A stretch of 64,000 bases of DNA, from NCBI RefSeq assembly GCF_006345805.1, contig NW_021836128.1, forward strand, positions 160,486 through 224,485. Reading direction: 5' to 3'. The position numbers and the translations under genes were made by a program. The stretch's first letter is position 1, and every line of letters begins with the position of its first letter. The stretch comes from Octopus sinensis. Lineage: Eukaryota. The notes under the pieces are model-generated. The model was not told where the DNA came from. It saw only the letters and a program-made list of their open reading frames with translations, and did no database searches. Below, in pieces: positions 1 through 11,766 of this stretch.

Positions 1-113
1 CTACTGACAGAAATGATATTCTCGAGTACATAAGTATTATCAGTCTGGGTTGTAGTGCTAATCATTTTAGTATGGGCTGTTTTTTTAGATTCTTCAAAAT
101 TATTAATCATATA

Positions 114-1199
114 CAGTGAAAACCCTCGAATCCGCTGCTTCTCGAATCCGCCGCTTCTCGAATCCGCTTGTTTTAATCAAAAATTTGAAATTTCCTATGA
201 ATGATTCTTGAATCCGCTTGTTTCTCGAATCCGCTCCTCAAGTATTATGAAAAATAATTTTTTTATCTAATTGTAAGTTAAATTTAATTAACATTTTATA
301 ATTCTCATTACACGTTAAATTGTATTTTGTGATGCGTCGCTGTGTTAGACTTTCTATCAACGAAAAAATTTCTATACTACGTTATATTTCTGACAACCAT
401 TCGTTTCTGCACCTCAAATTTCCAGATTTTTTCTTCACGGTTAAAAAAGAAAATTTTTCCGAGAACTATAAACGACCTTAAATCAAAATCGGACCTTTTG
501 AATAGGACTGACATCAAAAAATTAAACATAACGAGAATCCAAAACTCAAATTTAATGAAATTGATGTAGCGATGTTTTCCAGAATTTAAAGCAAGTCGTG
601 GGTGGCTAGAAAAGTTTTAAATTACGAAATGGTATCAAGTAAGAAAATTTCACGGAGACAGTGGATCAGTAAATCATGATGAAAAATCTATTACTGATTT
701 TAATGAAACAATGAGTTTAAAAATTGAACAATATGGATTGGACAATGTTATAATGCAGATGAAACTGTGTTTTTTACAAGGCGATTCCTTCCAAAAGTGT
801 GTGCACCAAATCACGGCCTGGAATAAGTTGTCGAAGGATCGATTTTCGTTACTATTATGCGCAATTGTTCTGGTTCCGATAAAAGAAGGCCTGTGATGAT
901 AGGAAGATTCAAAAGTCCAAGGTGTTTTAAAAATTTCAACATTGGAAATATGTTACCTACACCCATTCCAATAAGGCATGGATGAACCGTGAAATTTTTA
1001 ACAAGTGGCTCAGTGATTTTGATTCTGAACTTGCAAAGAAAAAAAGAAAAATTCTACTTGTAATAGATCAATGTCCATCTCATCAAATTATTGTCACGTT
1101 AAACTCAATTGAAATTCTTTTTTTGCCTTCTAGAACATCCTCGCTCTTGCAACCAATGGATCAAGGAATTATAAAATGCTTTAAAGCCGAATTTACCAA
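114..1199 (+). mobile_element. pogo/Tigger-like DNA transposon, 5' part with decayed CENP-B/DDE_1 transposase, cut off by Helitron insertion
   Basis: TA|CAGTGAAAACCCTCG left end at 114; five subterminal CTCGAATCCGC-type repeats (125-240); frameshifted transposase segments FKASRGWLEKF, NADET, AWMNREIFNKWL, ILLVIDQCPSH, FLPSRTSSLLQPMDQGIIKCFK; coding stops abruptly at 1199. Confidence 0.85.
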
Positions 1200-1219
1200 T
1201 CTTAATAATAAAATGGTAT

Positions 1220-1268
1220 GGTGTGTGTCTGTCTGTCTGTGTGTCTGTCTGTCTGTCTGTGTGTGCAC
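1220..1268 (+). repeat. (GTCT)n/(GT)n microsatellite just inside the Helitron 5' end
   Basis: gtgtgtgtctgtctgtctgtgtgtctgtctgtctgtctgtgtgtgcac. Confidence 0.9.
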
Positions 1269-1287
1269 ACCAACTTCAAATTGGCAA

Positions 1288-1890
1288 TACGATGTCCTCG
1301 ACTTACATGATGAGGTCCTTAAAACCTTCCCCCCAAAAAAAATTAAAAAAAATTTTTCTGCGTTTTGGTCAAAATGAACAACTACGATGTCCTCGACTTA
1401 CATGATGAGGTCCTTAAAACCTTCCCCCCCAAAAAAAATTAAAAAAAATTTTCTGCATTTTGGTTAAAATGAACAACTACGATGTCCTCGACTTACATGA
1501 TGAGGTCCTTAAAACCTTCCCCCCCAAAAAAATTAAAAAAAAATTTTCTGCATTTTGGTTAAAATGAATAACTACGATGTCCTCGACTTACATGATGAGG
1601 TCCTTAAAACCTTCCCCCCCAAAAAAATTAAAAAAAAATTTTCTGCATTTTGGTTAAAATGAACAACTACGATGTCCTCGACTTTCATGATGAGGTCCTT
1701 AAAACCTTCCCCCCCAAAAAAATTAAAAAAAAATTTTTCTGCATTTTGGTTAAAATGAACAACTACGATGTCCTCGACTTACATGATGAGGTCCTTAAAA
1801 CCTCCCGCCAAAAAATCAAAAAATTATTTTCTGCATTTTGATTAAAATGAACAACGCGGATGTCCTCGACATTCATGATGAGGTCCATTA
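1288..1890 (+). repeat. ~95-bp tandem repeat, 6 full copies plus a partial diverged one
   Basis: GATGTCCTCGAC recurs at 1291, 1386, 1481, 1576, 1671, 1767, 1859; copies differ mainly in C/A homopolymer length. Confidence 0.95.
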
Positions 1891-2150
1891 AAACTTTCCA
1901 GGCAAAAATCTCACGTATTAAGAATATCCTTGATGAAAACGACAGCGAGAATATTAACAATGATGAACTCCCAATTATTCGCGATAAAGAAATTCAATTC
2001 ATCCTATGTTTTTCTCTTTAAAATTAAATGCATATATCATTAACGACCATGAATCAAAATTAAAGCTATTATCATAGAGTGTGCAATTAACAGATTTTGA
2101 AATGACAGCGCAATCAGAAGAATTTGCGTAAAAATATTAACTATTTAGTT

Positions 2151-2366
2151 AAGTTTTTCGTAAAGATTGAATTTATTTTCGGTATTCCTCTTTTCCTAAA
2201 CTTTTTTATTATTCAAAAATAATTTTTTCAATAGATAACCGAAGGAGGGAAGACGACCTAAGAAAAGAAGTTTTTCGTAAAGATAGAATTTATTTTCGGT
2301 ATGCCTCTTATCCTAAACTTTTTTATTATTCAAAAATAATTTTTTTAATAGATAACCGAAGGAGGA
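2151..2366 (+). repeat. ~117-bp direct tandem duplication
   Basis: AAGTTTTTCGTAAAGAT...GATAACCGAAGGAGG starts at 2151 and at 2268. Confidence 0.85.
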
Positions 2367-2417
2367 AAAACGAAGCTGAAGAAAAAACGGTCAGCTTAAT
2401 AAGGTAATTAATCAAAT

Positions 2418-2680
2418 CTTTTTTGTGTGTCGCTTTCTTGCCTGTCGCTTTTTTGTGTGTCGCTTTCTTGCCTGTTGCTTTTTTATGTGTCGCTTTCTTG
2501 CCTGTCGCTTTCTTGCCTGTCGCTTTCTTGCCTGCCGCATCTCTGCCTGCCGCATCTCTGCCTGCCGCATCTCTGCCTGCCGCATCTCTGCCTGCCGCAT
2601 CTCTGCCTGCCGCATCTCTGCCTGCCGCATCTCTGCCTGCCGCATTTCCGCCTGCCGCATCTCTGCCTGCCGCATTTCCG
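2418..2680 (+). repeat. 15-bp minisatellite with two unit variants (CTTTCTTGCCTGTCG then CATCTCTGCCTGCCG), ~16 units
   Basis: Directly visible; produces the periodic ORFs listed in several frames. Confidence 0.95.
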
Positions 2681-2699
2681 CATTTCCCCCCATCTCACC

Positions 2700-4780
2700 C
2701 AAATAAAAAAAGAAAAAAAAAAGGAAATTACAAAGAAACACGAAAAAATCAAATATAAAAAGTTAACAAATAAAAAAAAGAAAATAAAGCCCAAAAAAAA
2801 GAAAATAAAAAAAAAGAAAAAAAACTTAAAAAATTAAAAAGAAAATAAACAAAAAAAGAAAAAAAAACTTAATAAATAAAAAAAAGAAACTAAAAGACAA
2901 AAAAAGAAAAAAAATTTAAAAAATAAAAAAAAATTTAAAAATAAAAAAAAATTTAAAAATAAAAAAAAATTAAAAAATAAAAAATTAAAAAACTTTTAAA
3001 AAATAAAAAAATGAAATAAAAACACAATAAAAATCGAAAAAAAAACACAATAAAAATCAAAAAATTAAACAACTAAAAAATAAAAAAAGAAAATAAAACA
3101 AAAAAATCAAAAAAAGTAAATAAAACACAAAAAAAAGAATAAAAAAATAAAAACACAATAAAAAACAAAAAATAAAAAAACAAAAAATAAAAAATAAAAA
3201 CAAAAAAAATTCAAAAAATAAAAAAAAAAATTTAAAAAATAAATGAAAAAAGAAAAAAAAATTAAAAAAATAAAAAAAGAAAATAAAAACACAATAAAAA
3301 ACAAAAATAAGAAAAAATTCAAAAAAGAAAAAAAAGGAAATTACAAAGAAACACGAAAAAATCAAATATAAAAAGTTAACAAATAAAAAAAAGAAAATAA
3401 AGCCCAAAAAAAAGAAAATAAAAAAAAAAGAAAAAAAATTTAAAAATTAAAAGAAAATAAACAAAAAAAGAAAAAAAACTAATAAATAAAAAAAAGAAAC
3501 TAAAAGACAAAAAAAAGAAAAAAAAAATTAAAAATAAAAAAATTTAAAATAAAAAAAATTTAAAATAAAAAAAAATTAAAAAATAAAAAAAATAAAAAAA
3601 ATTTTAAAAATAAAAAAATGAAATAAAAACAAATAAAAATCGAAAAAAAAACAATAAAAATCGAAAAAAAAAAACAAATAAAAATCAAAAAATTAAAAAA
3701 CTAAAAAATAAAAAAGAAAATAAAACAAAAAATCAAAAAAAGTAAATAAAACACAAAAAAAAGAATAAAAAAAAATAAAAAACACAATAAAAAACAAAAA
3801 ATAAAAAAAATAAAAAAAATAAAAACAAAAAAAAATTCAAAAATAAAAAAATAAAATAAAACACCGCAAAAGACAAAAAAAAAATAAAAAACAAAAAATC
3901 GAAAAAAATAAAAAAAGGAAAATAAAACACAAAAAAAAAAGAAAAAAATTTTAAAAATAAAAAAAGAAAATAAAAACACAAAAAAGCAAAAAATAAGAAA
4001 ATAAAAAACAAAAAAAATCAAAAAATACAAAAAAAGTAAAAAATAAAAAAAAGAAAAAAAATTTAAAACATAAAATAAAAAAAATTTAAACATAAAAAAA
4101 GAAAATAAAACCCAAAAAAATCAAAAAATAAGAAAATAAAAAAAAAAAAAAATTAAAAAATAAAAAAAAGTTAAAAAAAAAATAAAACACAAAAAATCAA
4201 AAAATAAGAAAATAAAAACAAAAAAATTAAAAAATAAAAAAAAGTTAAAAAATAAAAAAAAAGAAAATAAACAAAAAAAGAAAAAAAATTAAAAAATAAA
4301 ACAAAAAATTTAAATAAAAAAAAGAAACTAAAACACCAAAAAAGAAAAAAATTTAAAAAATAAAACAAAAAATTTAAATAAAAAAAGAAACTAAACACCA
4401 AAAAAGAAAAAATTAAAAATAAAACAAAAAATTTAAATAAAAAAAAGAAAATAAAACACAAAAAAAGAAAATATCTGTAGAAACCTCCGGGGCCATGAGC
4501 CAAAAATCGTTTGAAAATCGTCGTGAGGGTCGGGAATCTGATCTCGAGAAGACGGAAGAGCCTCGGGAGAAGCAATGGTTGTTCCAAAGAATATCCATTG
4601 CGATCCTGAGGGGCAAGTCTTCTCGATCATCAGCAGCTAAGATTATGATGATCATTTTCGCTCTTTGATTTTAATAAGATTCTATTTTTGATAAAACACA
4701 ATAAAAAACAAAAAATAAAAAAAAATAAAACACAAAAAAAAATTTTAAAATAAAAAAAGAAAATAACAAAAAAACTTTAA
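2700..4780 (+). repeat. Extremely A-rich low-complexity block with internal ~617-bp duplication, interrupted by a CRE fragment
   Basis: A-runs punctuated by single T/C/G; the landmark GGAAATTACAAAGAAACACGAAAAAATCAAATATAAAAAGTTAACAAAT occurs near 2722 and again near 3335. Confidence 0.9.
4470..4690 (+). mobile_element. CRE-clade non-LTR retrotransposon, 3' remnant (end of restriction-like endonuclease)
   Basis: Frameshifted ETSGAM...TEEPREKQWLFQRISIAILRG, the same C-terminal motif as the CRE-like ORF at 37427-38059. Confidence 0.7.
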
Positions 4781-4969
4781 AATTTGTCTGCCGCCGTGTG
4801 TGCACACTTCAACAAACCGTGCGCGGAACGCGGAAGCAACCGTACTGCTGGGCTCTAACCCCTGCCCCGTCGAGCACGCAGATCGAGCTGGATCTCTTAA
4901 TTGATTCTTATTTTCACTTAAAAATTATTTACTTTGAATTAAAATTAGATTAATTTTTTAACAGCCTAT

Positions 4970-5160
4970 TAAGATAATGCTTAAGAGCCCTTACAGTTTC
5001 CGGAAATTTAGCTTAGTGACCTTGATTAGACAAACCACTTCAGATAGCAATTAAGATAAGGCTTAAGAGCCCTTTACAGTTTACGGAAATTAGGCTTAGT
5101 GACCTTGATTAGACAAACCACTTCAGATAGCAATTAAGATAAGACAAGGCTTAAGAGCGT
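4970..5160 (+). repeat. ~83-bp tandem repeat, ~2.3 copies, upstream of the RepHel start
   Basis: TAAGATAA.GCTTAAGAGCC...GTGACCTTGATTAGACAAACCACTTCAGATAGCAAT repeated. Confidence 0.85.
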
Positions 5161-5207
5161 TAAATGTTCAATATGTATTACTGCGTGGCGTAAAAAATAA
5201 GATTAGT

Positions 5208-8200
5208 ATGGTGGGTAGTCAGAATATGGAGAGTTTCACCGAAGATATCGTGGATGCCAAAACAAACGAACAAACTGAGCTTGGGGGGAGTGTAAGTAAT
5301 GTAGGTGCGGGCATAGGTAATATAGGTGTAGGAAATGCAGGAAATGTGGGCGCAGGAAGTGTAGGTAGTGTAGGTGCATGCGTAGGTAATCTAGGTGCAG
5401 GAAATGTAGGTAGTGTAGGCTTATGTAATGTCAGAGAAAATAAGATTACTCATCAGTTGTCAGAAGATCATCAATCGATCCGTTTCGATGAAAATAACTT
5501 CAGTAAAGAGGTATTAATATTAGATTTATTTTTAGTGTATGGAAACGGATTACCTATTGAGAAACAAAGAATATTTGGAAAATACACAGGTTTTAGATAA
5601 TTTATGTAGCACGAAACGTAAAAAAGTTAGTGTAGGAAATAATAATTTTAAACGATATAGTTTCGATGATATGAGTGTTAGTCTAGATAATAAATTTAAC
5701 ATTAAAGTAAATAGTTCAAATGAGACGTTTTCGATCTCAAATTTTAGACGAGAAAAGAATAGATTGCGCATGGCTATGAAAAGGGCAGCCGAGTCACAAG
5801 ATCAAAAGGAACATCGACAAGAATGCAACAGATTAAGAGCAACTATAAGAAGGAGGCAAGAGACCGATGATATGAGGAATTTCAGAAAAGAACAAGATAG
5901 AATGGGGAAGGCTATTACTAGGGAACAAGAGTCACAAGAACAGAGGGAACATAGACAAGAACAAGATAGAATGGGGAAGGCTATTAGTAGGGAACAAGAG
6001 TCACAAGAACAGAGGGAACATAGGCAGGAACAAGATAGAATGGGGAAGGCTATTAGTAGGGAACAAGAGTCACAAGAACAGAGGGAACATAGGCAGGAAC
6101 AAGATAGAATGGGGAAGGCTATTAGTAGGGAACAAGAGTCACAAGAACAGAGGGAACATAGACAAGAACAAGATAGAATGGCAACGGCTATTAGTAGGGA
6201 ACAAGAGACAGAAGAACAAAGGGAACATAGGCAAGAGCAAAATAGAATGGGAACTGCTATTAGTAGGGAAAAAGAGACTCAAGAACAGAGGGAACATAGG
6301 CAAGAACAAGATAGAATGGCAACGGCTATTAGTAGGGAACAAGAGACTCAAGAACAGAGGGAACATAGACAAGAACAAGATAGAATGGCAACGGCTATTA
6401 GTAGGGAACAAGAGACAGAAGAACAAAGGGAACATAGGCAAGAGCAAAATAGAATGGGAACTGCTATTAGTAGGGAAAAAGAGACTCAAGAACAGAGGGA
6501 ACATAGGCAAGAACAAGATAGAATGGCAACGGCTATTAGTAGGGAACAAGAGACTCAAGAACAGAGGGAACATAGGCAAGAACAAGATAGAATGGCAACG
6601 GCTATTAGTAGGGAACAAGAGTCACAACAACAGAGGGAACATAGACAAGAACAAGATAGAATGGCAACGGCTATTAGTAGGGAACAAGAGACTCAAGAAC
6701 AGAGGGAACATAGGGAAGAACAAGATAGAATGGCAACGGCTATTAGTAGGGAACAAGAGTCACAAGAACAAAGGGAACATAGGCAAGAACAAGATAGAAT
6801 GGCAACGGCTATTAGTAGGGAAAAGAGACTCACAGACAACAAGGGAACATAGGCAAGAACAAGATAGAATGGCAACGGCTATTAGTAGGGAACAAGAGAC
6901 TCAAGAACAGAGGGAACATAGGGAAGAACAAGATAGAATGGCAACGGCTATTAGTAGGGAACAAGAGTCACAACAACAAAGGGAACATAGACAAGAACAA
7001 GATAGAATGGCAACGGCTATTAGTAGGGAACAAGAGACAAAAGAACAAAGGGAACATAGGCAAGAGCAAGATAGAATGGGAACTGCTATTAGTAGGGAAC
7101 AAGAGACTCAAGAACAGAGGGAACATAGGCAAGAACAAGATAGAATGGCAACGGCTATTAGTAGGGAACAAGAGTCACAACAACAAAGGGAATGCCGACG
7201 AGATCGGAACACAAGAAGAAATTCAGTTAGGAGGAACCAACTAACTCAGGATGAACATCAGACAGAAAATCGACTACGAGTTTCACGCAGGAATAGTAGG
7301 GTATCAAATTCTATTGGTTTAGAAAACACTGGATTTAATTATAATAGGGGCATTGAGTATAGAAATTTAGGTAATGTAGGTGCTTTAACGGAGATATGTA
7401 CTTTTTGTTTAGCTATGAAATTTAAGGGGGAAACTATCGGAATGTGCTGCAGTCGCGGAAAGGTACGTTTACCAGTTTTAGACCCGCCTCCTGAGCCTCT
7501 TTTAACACTGTTGAGGAATGATACACCATCATCTAGGCACTTCGTTGATAATATTCGCAGGTACAATAATGTTTTTCAGATGACATCTTTTGGTACAAGT
7601 GGAAATTTCAATCCGACGGGCTATATGCCCACATTTAAGGTACTTGGGCAAGTGTATCACAGGATGGGTTCACTCCTTCCAAGTGAAGGCGAGGATTTTA
7701 AATTTTTACAAATTTACTTTATAGATAATCACGAAGAACAATCTAACCGAAGATGTCTAGCAGATTCAAGACTACGAGGCAACATTATTAGTTCGTTGCA
7801 AAATATGTTGCAAATGTGCAACACGTATATTTCATCTTTTAGATCTGTTCTGAGATCCACAGCAGATGAAGATTGTAAGGTAATTATACATGCAGATAGG
7901 ACACCTGCAAATGAACATAACCGTCGATACAACGCACCAACGTCAAACCAGGTTGGAATTCTAATAGTAGGTCAACACTATGACTCGAGAGACATAATAA
8001 TAAACAAGAGATCCACTGGATTAATGAGAATTTCAGAGACACATCGGTCATATGATGCACTTCAGTACCCATTATTATTTCCGAGAGGAGAGGATGGGTA
8101 CAATTTTAAGGTAATGCATTTTAATCCGTCGACTGGTTTAACTACTACTAAAAAAACCAGTTGTATGGAATTTTATTCTTATAGGTTGATGATAAGAGAG

Positions 8201-11200
8201 CAGGAATTCAACATTCTACATCGTACAGGCCAGTTATTTAATCAGTTTATTGTAGATATGTATGCGAAAATAGAGGCAGAGAGACTTCTCTACATTCGGT
8301 TGAATCAGCGGAAACTGAGAGCAGAAGAGTATATACATCTAAGAGATGCCATAATGAATGACGGTAATGTGTCTAATGTAGGTCAAATGGTTATTTTGCC
8401 TTCGTCATTCACGGGAGGACCAAGATATATGCATGAGCGAACTCAAGATGCTATGACATACGTTAGAAATTACGGAACTCCGGATCTGTTTATCACTTTT
8501 ACGTGTAATCCGAAATGGCCAGAAATTAGTGATAACATATTTGTAGGACAAAAGGTCGAGTATAGACAAGACATCATAGCACGTGTTTTTAAACAAAAAG
8601 TCGATAAGATGATTGATCTTCTATGCAAGGGACAGATTTTTGGGAAGACAAGATGCCACATGTATACAGTAGAGTGGCAAAAAAGAGGTTTACCACATAT
8701 ACATATATTAGTATGGTTAGTAACTAAAATTAGGCCTACAGAGATAGACGATTGCATACGGGCAGAATTGCCAAATCCAAATGAAGATAGAGAATTATAC
8801 GAGATCATCAAAAGAAATATGATACATGGTCCGTGTGGCATATATAACAGAACATCACCGTGTATGCAAGATGGTAAGTGTTCTAAAGGGTACCCAAAAA
8901 ACTTAATAATTAACACGCAAACAGGTGAAAATGGATTTCCATTTTACCAGAGAAGGGGAGCAGCTGAAGGAGGATATACTGCAACCCTCCACGAAGGAAA
9001 AGAAAATGAAATAACAGTTGATAACAGATGGATAGTGCCTTATAATCCACTATTAAGTAAGATTTTTGATGCACATATCAATGTGGAATTTTGTAATTCA
9101 ATTAGATCAATTAAATATGTATGTAAGTACATTAATAAAGGGTCGGATCAGGCAATCTTTTCAATAGAGCAACGTGATGAGCCAACTTTTTATCAACATG
9201 GACGCTATATCTGCAGTAATGAAGGAGCATGGAGAATTTTTGGATATCCGATTCATGAAAGATATCCATTGGTTATGCATTTAGGGGTTCACCTGGAAAA
9301 TGGGCAAAGAATTTATTTCACAGAGCAGAATGCACGCAATCAAGTTACAAATGCAAGAAATTCAACTCTGATGGCATTCTTCGAATTATGTCGTACAGAT
9401 CAATTTGCAAAGACTATATATTATGTTGATGTTCCTAGATATTATACATGGGATGTCGCGGGGAAGAGATTTAAGAGAAGGATAAGAGGAAATCCAGTAA
9501 ATGGACATTCAGGAATTGTAAGTGCAGATGCATTGGGTAGAGTATATACAGTGCATCCAAATAATTTTGAATGTTATTGTGTTAGGTTACTTTTGCACAC
9601 CGTACGAGGGCCAGAATCTTTCACTGATCTACGGACTGTAGATGGAGTACTCTGCGAAACATACAGAGAAGCCTGTTTTAAATTAGGTCTTTTAGAGGAT
9701 GATAATCACTGGAATCAGACTTTAACAGAAGCTGAACTTGCAGATTCCCCATCGCGACTAAGGTATTTATTTACTTTGATGCTAGCCCATTGTGGGTTAG
9801 CAAATCCACAACAACTGTGGGAAGGTCACCGAGAAAGCATGTGTGAAGATATATTAAGAGAGAAGAATAGATTGAGTTTCGATGCAGAGATTTTCAACAT
9901 TGGATTAATCATGATAGATAGATTGCTAATATCTATCGTTGGTAAGAGTGTAGGTGAATTTGGTTTTATAATCAGCGATATTCATAATATTAATTCATTT
10001 GATGAGCATTATAATTTAGAAGAACTTCGAACAATAGTGGAAGAAAGAGAACAAAGCTTAACCACTGGCCAGTTGGAGGTATACAGAGAAATTAATCGAG
10101 TCATCCAAGAAGAAAACGGTTCTATCATTTTTATTGATGCACCGGGTGGAACAGGTAAGACCTATCTTCTAAATCTATTATTAGCTAAGGTCAGAAGCGA
10201 AAATAAACTAGCTTTAGCAGTTGCATCTTCTGGAATTGCTGCAACTCTTTTAGATGGCGGTCGAACCGCACATTCGACATTCAACATTCCGTTGAATCTC
10301 TCATATACTACTGAACCGGTTTGTAATGTAAAAAAAAATTCAACTACGGGTAATAGAATTATGCATTCTAGGTTAATTGTTTGGGATGAATGTACGATGG
10401 CTCATAAAGGCGCATTCGAAGCAGTTGATCGAACATATAGAGATATCAAGAATTGTAGCGACCATTTATTTGGGGGAGCAATAGTTGTATTGGCAGGTGA
10501 TTTTAGACAGACGCTGCCAATTATTCAAAGAGGGACGCCTGCGGATGAATTGAATGCCTGCCTCAAATCGTCATATTTGTGGACACACGTGAAAAAGGTA
10601 AGCTTAGATGTAAATGTACGTGCACATTTACAAGGCGTTAATAGCATATTCCCACAAATCCTTCTAGATATTGGAAATGGGGCAATCACTTCAGAAATGC
10701 AAGACCAGAAAATTAGGCTACCGGAAGAATTATGTATTTTCGTAGAAACAGCAGAAGAATTATTGAATGCCGTCTATTCCGAACTATCTGAACACTACGT
10801 GAATTTCGACTGGCTGCGTGAACGAGCTATATTAGCTCCACTTAATGATGAGGTACTTAATATAAATTTAGATTTATTAATGAAAATCCCTGGCAGAGAA
10901 AGAATATATAAATCGGTCGACGTTATTATGGACCATGAAAGGGCCTGCGAATATCCTGTAGAATTTTTAAATTCCTTAGATCCATCTGGAATGCCGAATC
11001 ATCTATTGAAATTAAAAATAGGTGTACCGGTTGTGTTACTCCGCAATCTAGCGCCACCTAAATTATGCAATGGTACAAGGTTGGTTATCAAGAATTTGAT
11101 GGCTAACGTAATAGAAGCGACAATATTAACAGGTAATTACAGAGGTGAGGATGTTTATATCCCACGAATACCTCTGATTTCGGAAGAATTACCTTTTAGA

Positions 11201-11421
11201 TTTAAGAGACTACAATTTCCGCTGAAGATAAGTTTTGCTATGACAATAAACAAGGCCCAGGGACAGTCTTTAAAGGTAGTAGGCTTATTTTTAGAGAACG
11301 AGTGCTTTTCACATGGCCAGCTGTATGTGGGGTGCTCAAGGGTAGGTAGAAGAGAAATTTATTTATATTTGCCAAGGATGGACGGACTGCAAACATCGTT
11401 TATCCACAGGCCTTAGAATAA
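5208..11421 (+). CDS. Helitron RepHel (Gly-rich leader, STPR-like repeats, Zn finger, HUH Rep, Pif1 helicase), ~2062 aa after splicing; two compensating single-base indels
   Basis: Exon 1 5208-5510, 25-nt GT-AG intron 5511-5535, exon 2 5536-11421. Motifs CTFC...CC, PDLFITFTCNPKW, VEWQKRGLPHIHIL, YVCKYINKG, DAPGGTGKT, WDECTM, LAGDFRQTLP, FAMTINKAQGQSL, FSHGQLYVGCSRV. A +1 base near 6830 and a -1 base near 11356; restoring them gives the typical end TANIVYPQALE*. Confidence 0.92.
5755..7270 (+). repeat. 69-bp (23-aa) coding tandem repeat in the RepHel N-terminus, 19 near-identical plus 2-3 degenerate units
   Basis: CAAGATAGAATG at 5893, 5962, 6031 ... 7136 (period 69); unit ESQEQREHRQEQDRMGKAISREQ / ETQEQREHRQEQDRMATAISREQ. 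Confidence 0.95.
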
Positions 11422-11480
11422 GGTTATATCAAAGCAGGTCGCATTTATATATCTACATAAATTTATAGTTATTTAAGGAA

Positions 11481-11550
11481 ACTGCGAGCGTAGCGAGCAG
11501 GGCCTCCGCAGGAGCTAGCTCGCAGTGAGCGAAGCGAACTGCTGAGCTAG
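11481..11550 (+). terminator. Helitron 3' terminal hairpins and CTAG end
   Basis: ACTGCGAGC (11481) pairs with GCTCGCAGT (11518-11526) around an inner CTCC-GCA-GGAG stem; GCAGT..GCGAAGC..ACTGC hairpin ends a few nt before CTAG|T. Confidence 0.8.
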
Positions 11551-11766
11551 TATTTAATAATATGTCGCGAGCGCAGCGCCGACCCGAGCGTAGACGCGAC
11601 TTGACAGCTAAAAGCCTATCATCAACAATATATTTATTAAATTATTTAAAATTTTAACATGATTTAAAATTAAAATTGAAATACACTTAAGTTTTCCATT
11701 GAATCCATAAAATAATTTATAGTAGACCTTAATAGAAAAGTTAAAATCAATGAATACTGAACGCTA

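Larger units (their letters stand above)
1200..11550 (+). mobile_element. Autonomous-type Helitron (rolling-circle transposon), ~10.35 kb
   Basis: 5' end A|TCTTAATAATAAAATG followed by a GTCT/GT microsatellite; 3' end with GC-rich hairpins (11481-11542) then CTAG|T at 11547-11551; encloses RepHel CDS. 3' end and CDS are well supported; the 5' end is assigned from motif and from the break in the pogo ORF. Confidence 0.8.

Noticed and set aside
1288-1890. CRISPR-like array
   Set aside because: Units are contiguous and near-identical with no unique spacers; no cas genes; eukaryotic context
2412-4587. Periodic (MRQAE)n and Phe-rich ORFs in the ORF track
   Set aside because: By-products of the 15-bp minisatellite and of the T-rich reverse strand of the A-rich block; open in several frames at once
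7339-8916. Antisense ORFs inside RepHel, and similar ones inside RTE, PXK, DRC7 and QARS1
   Set aside because: Shadow ORFs of real coding strands with no motifs of their own
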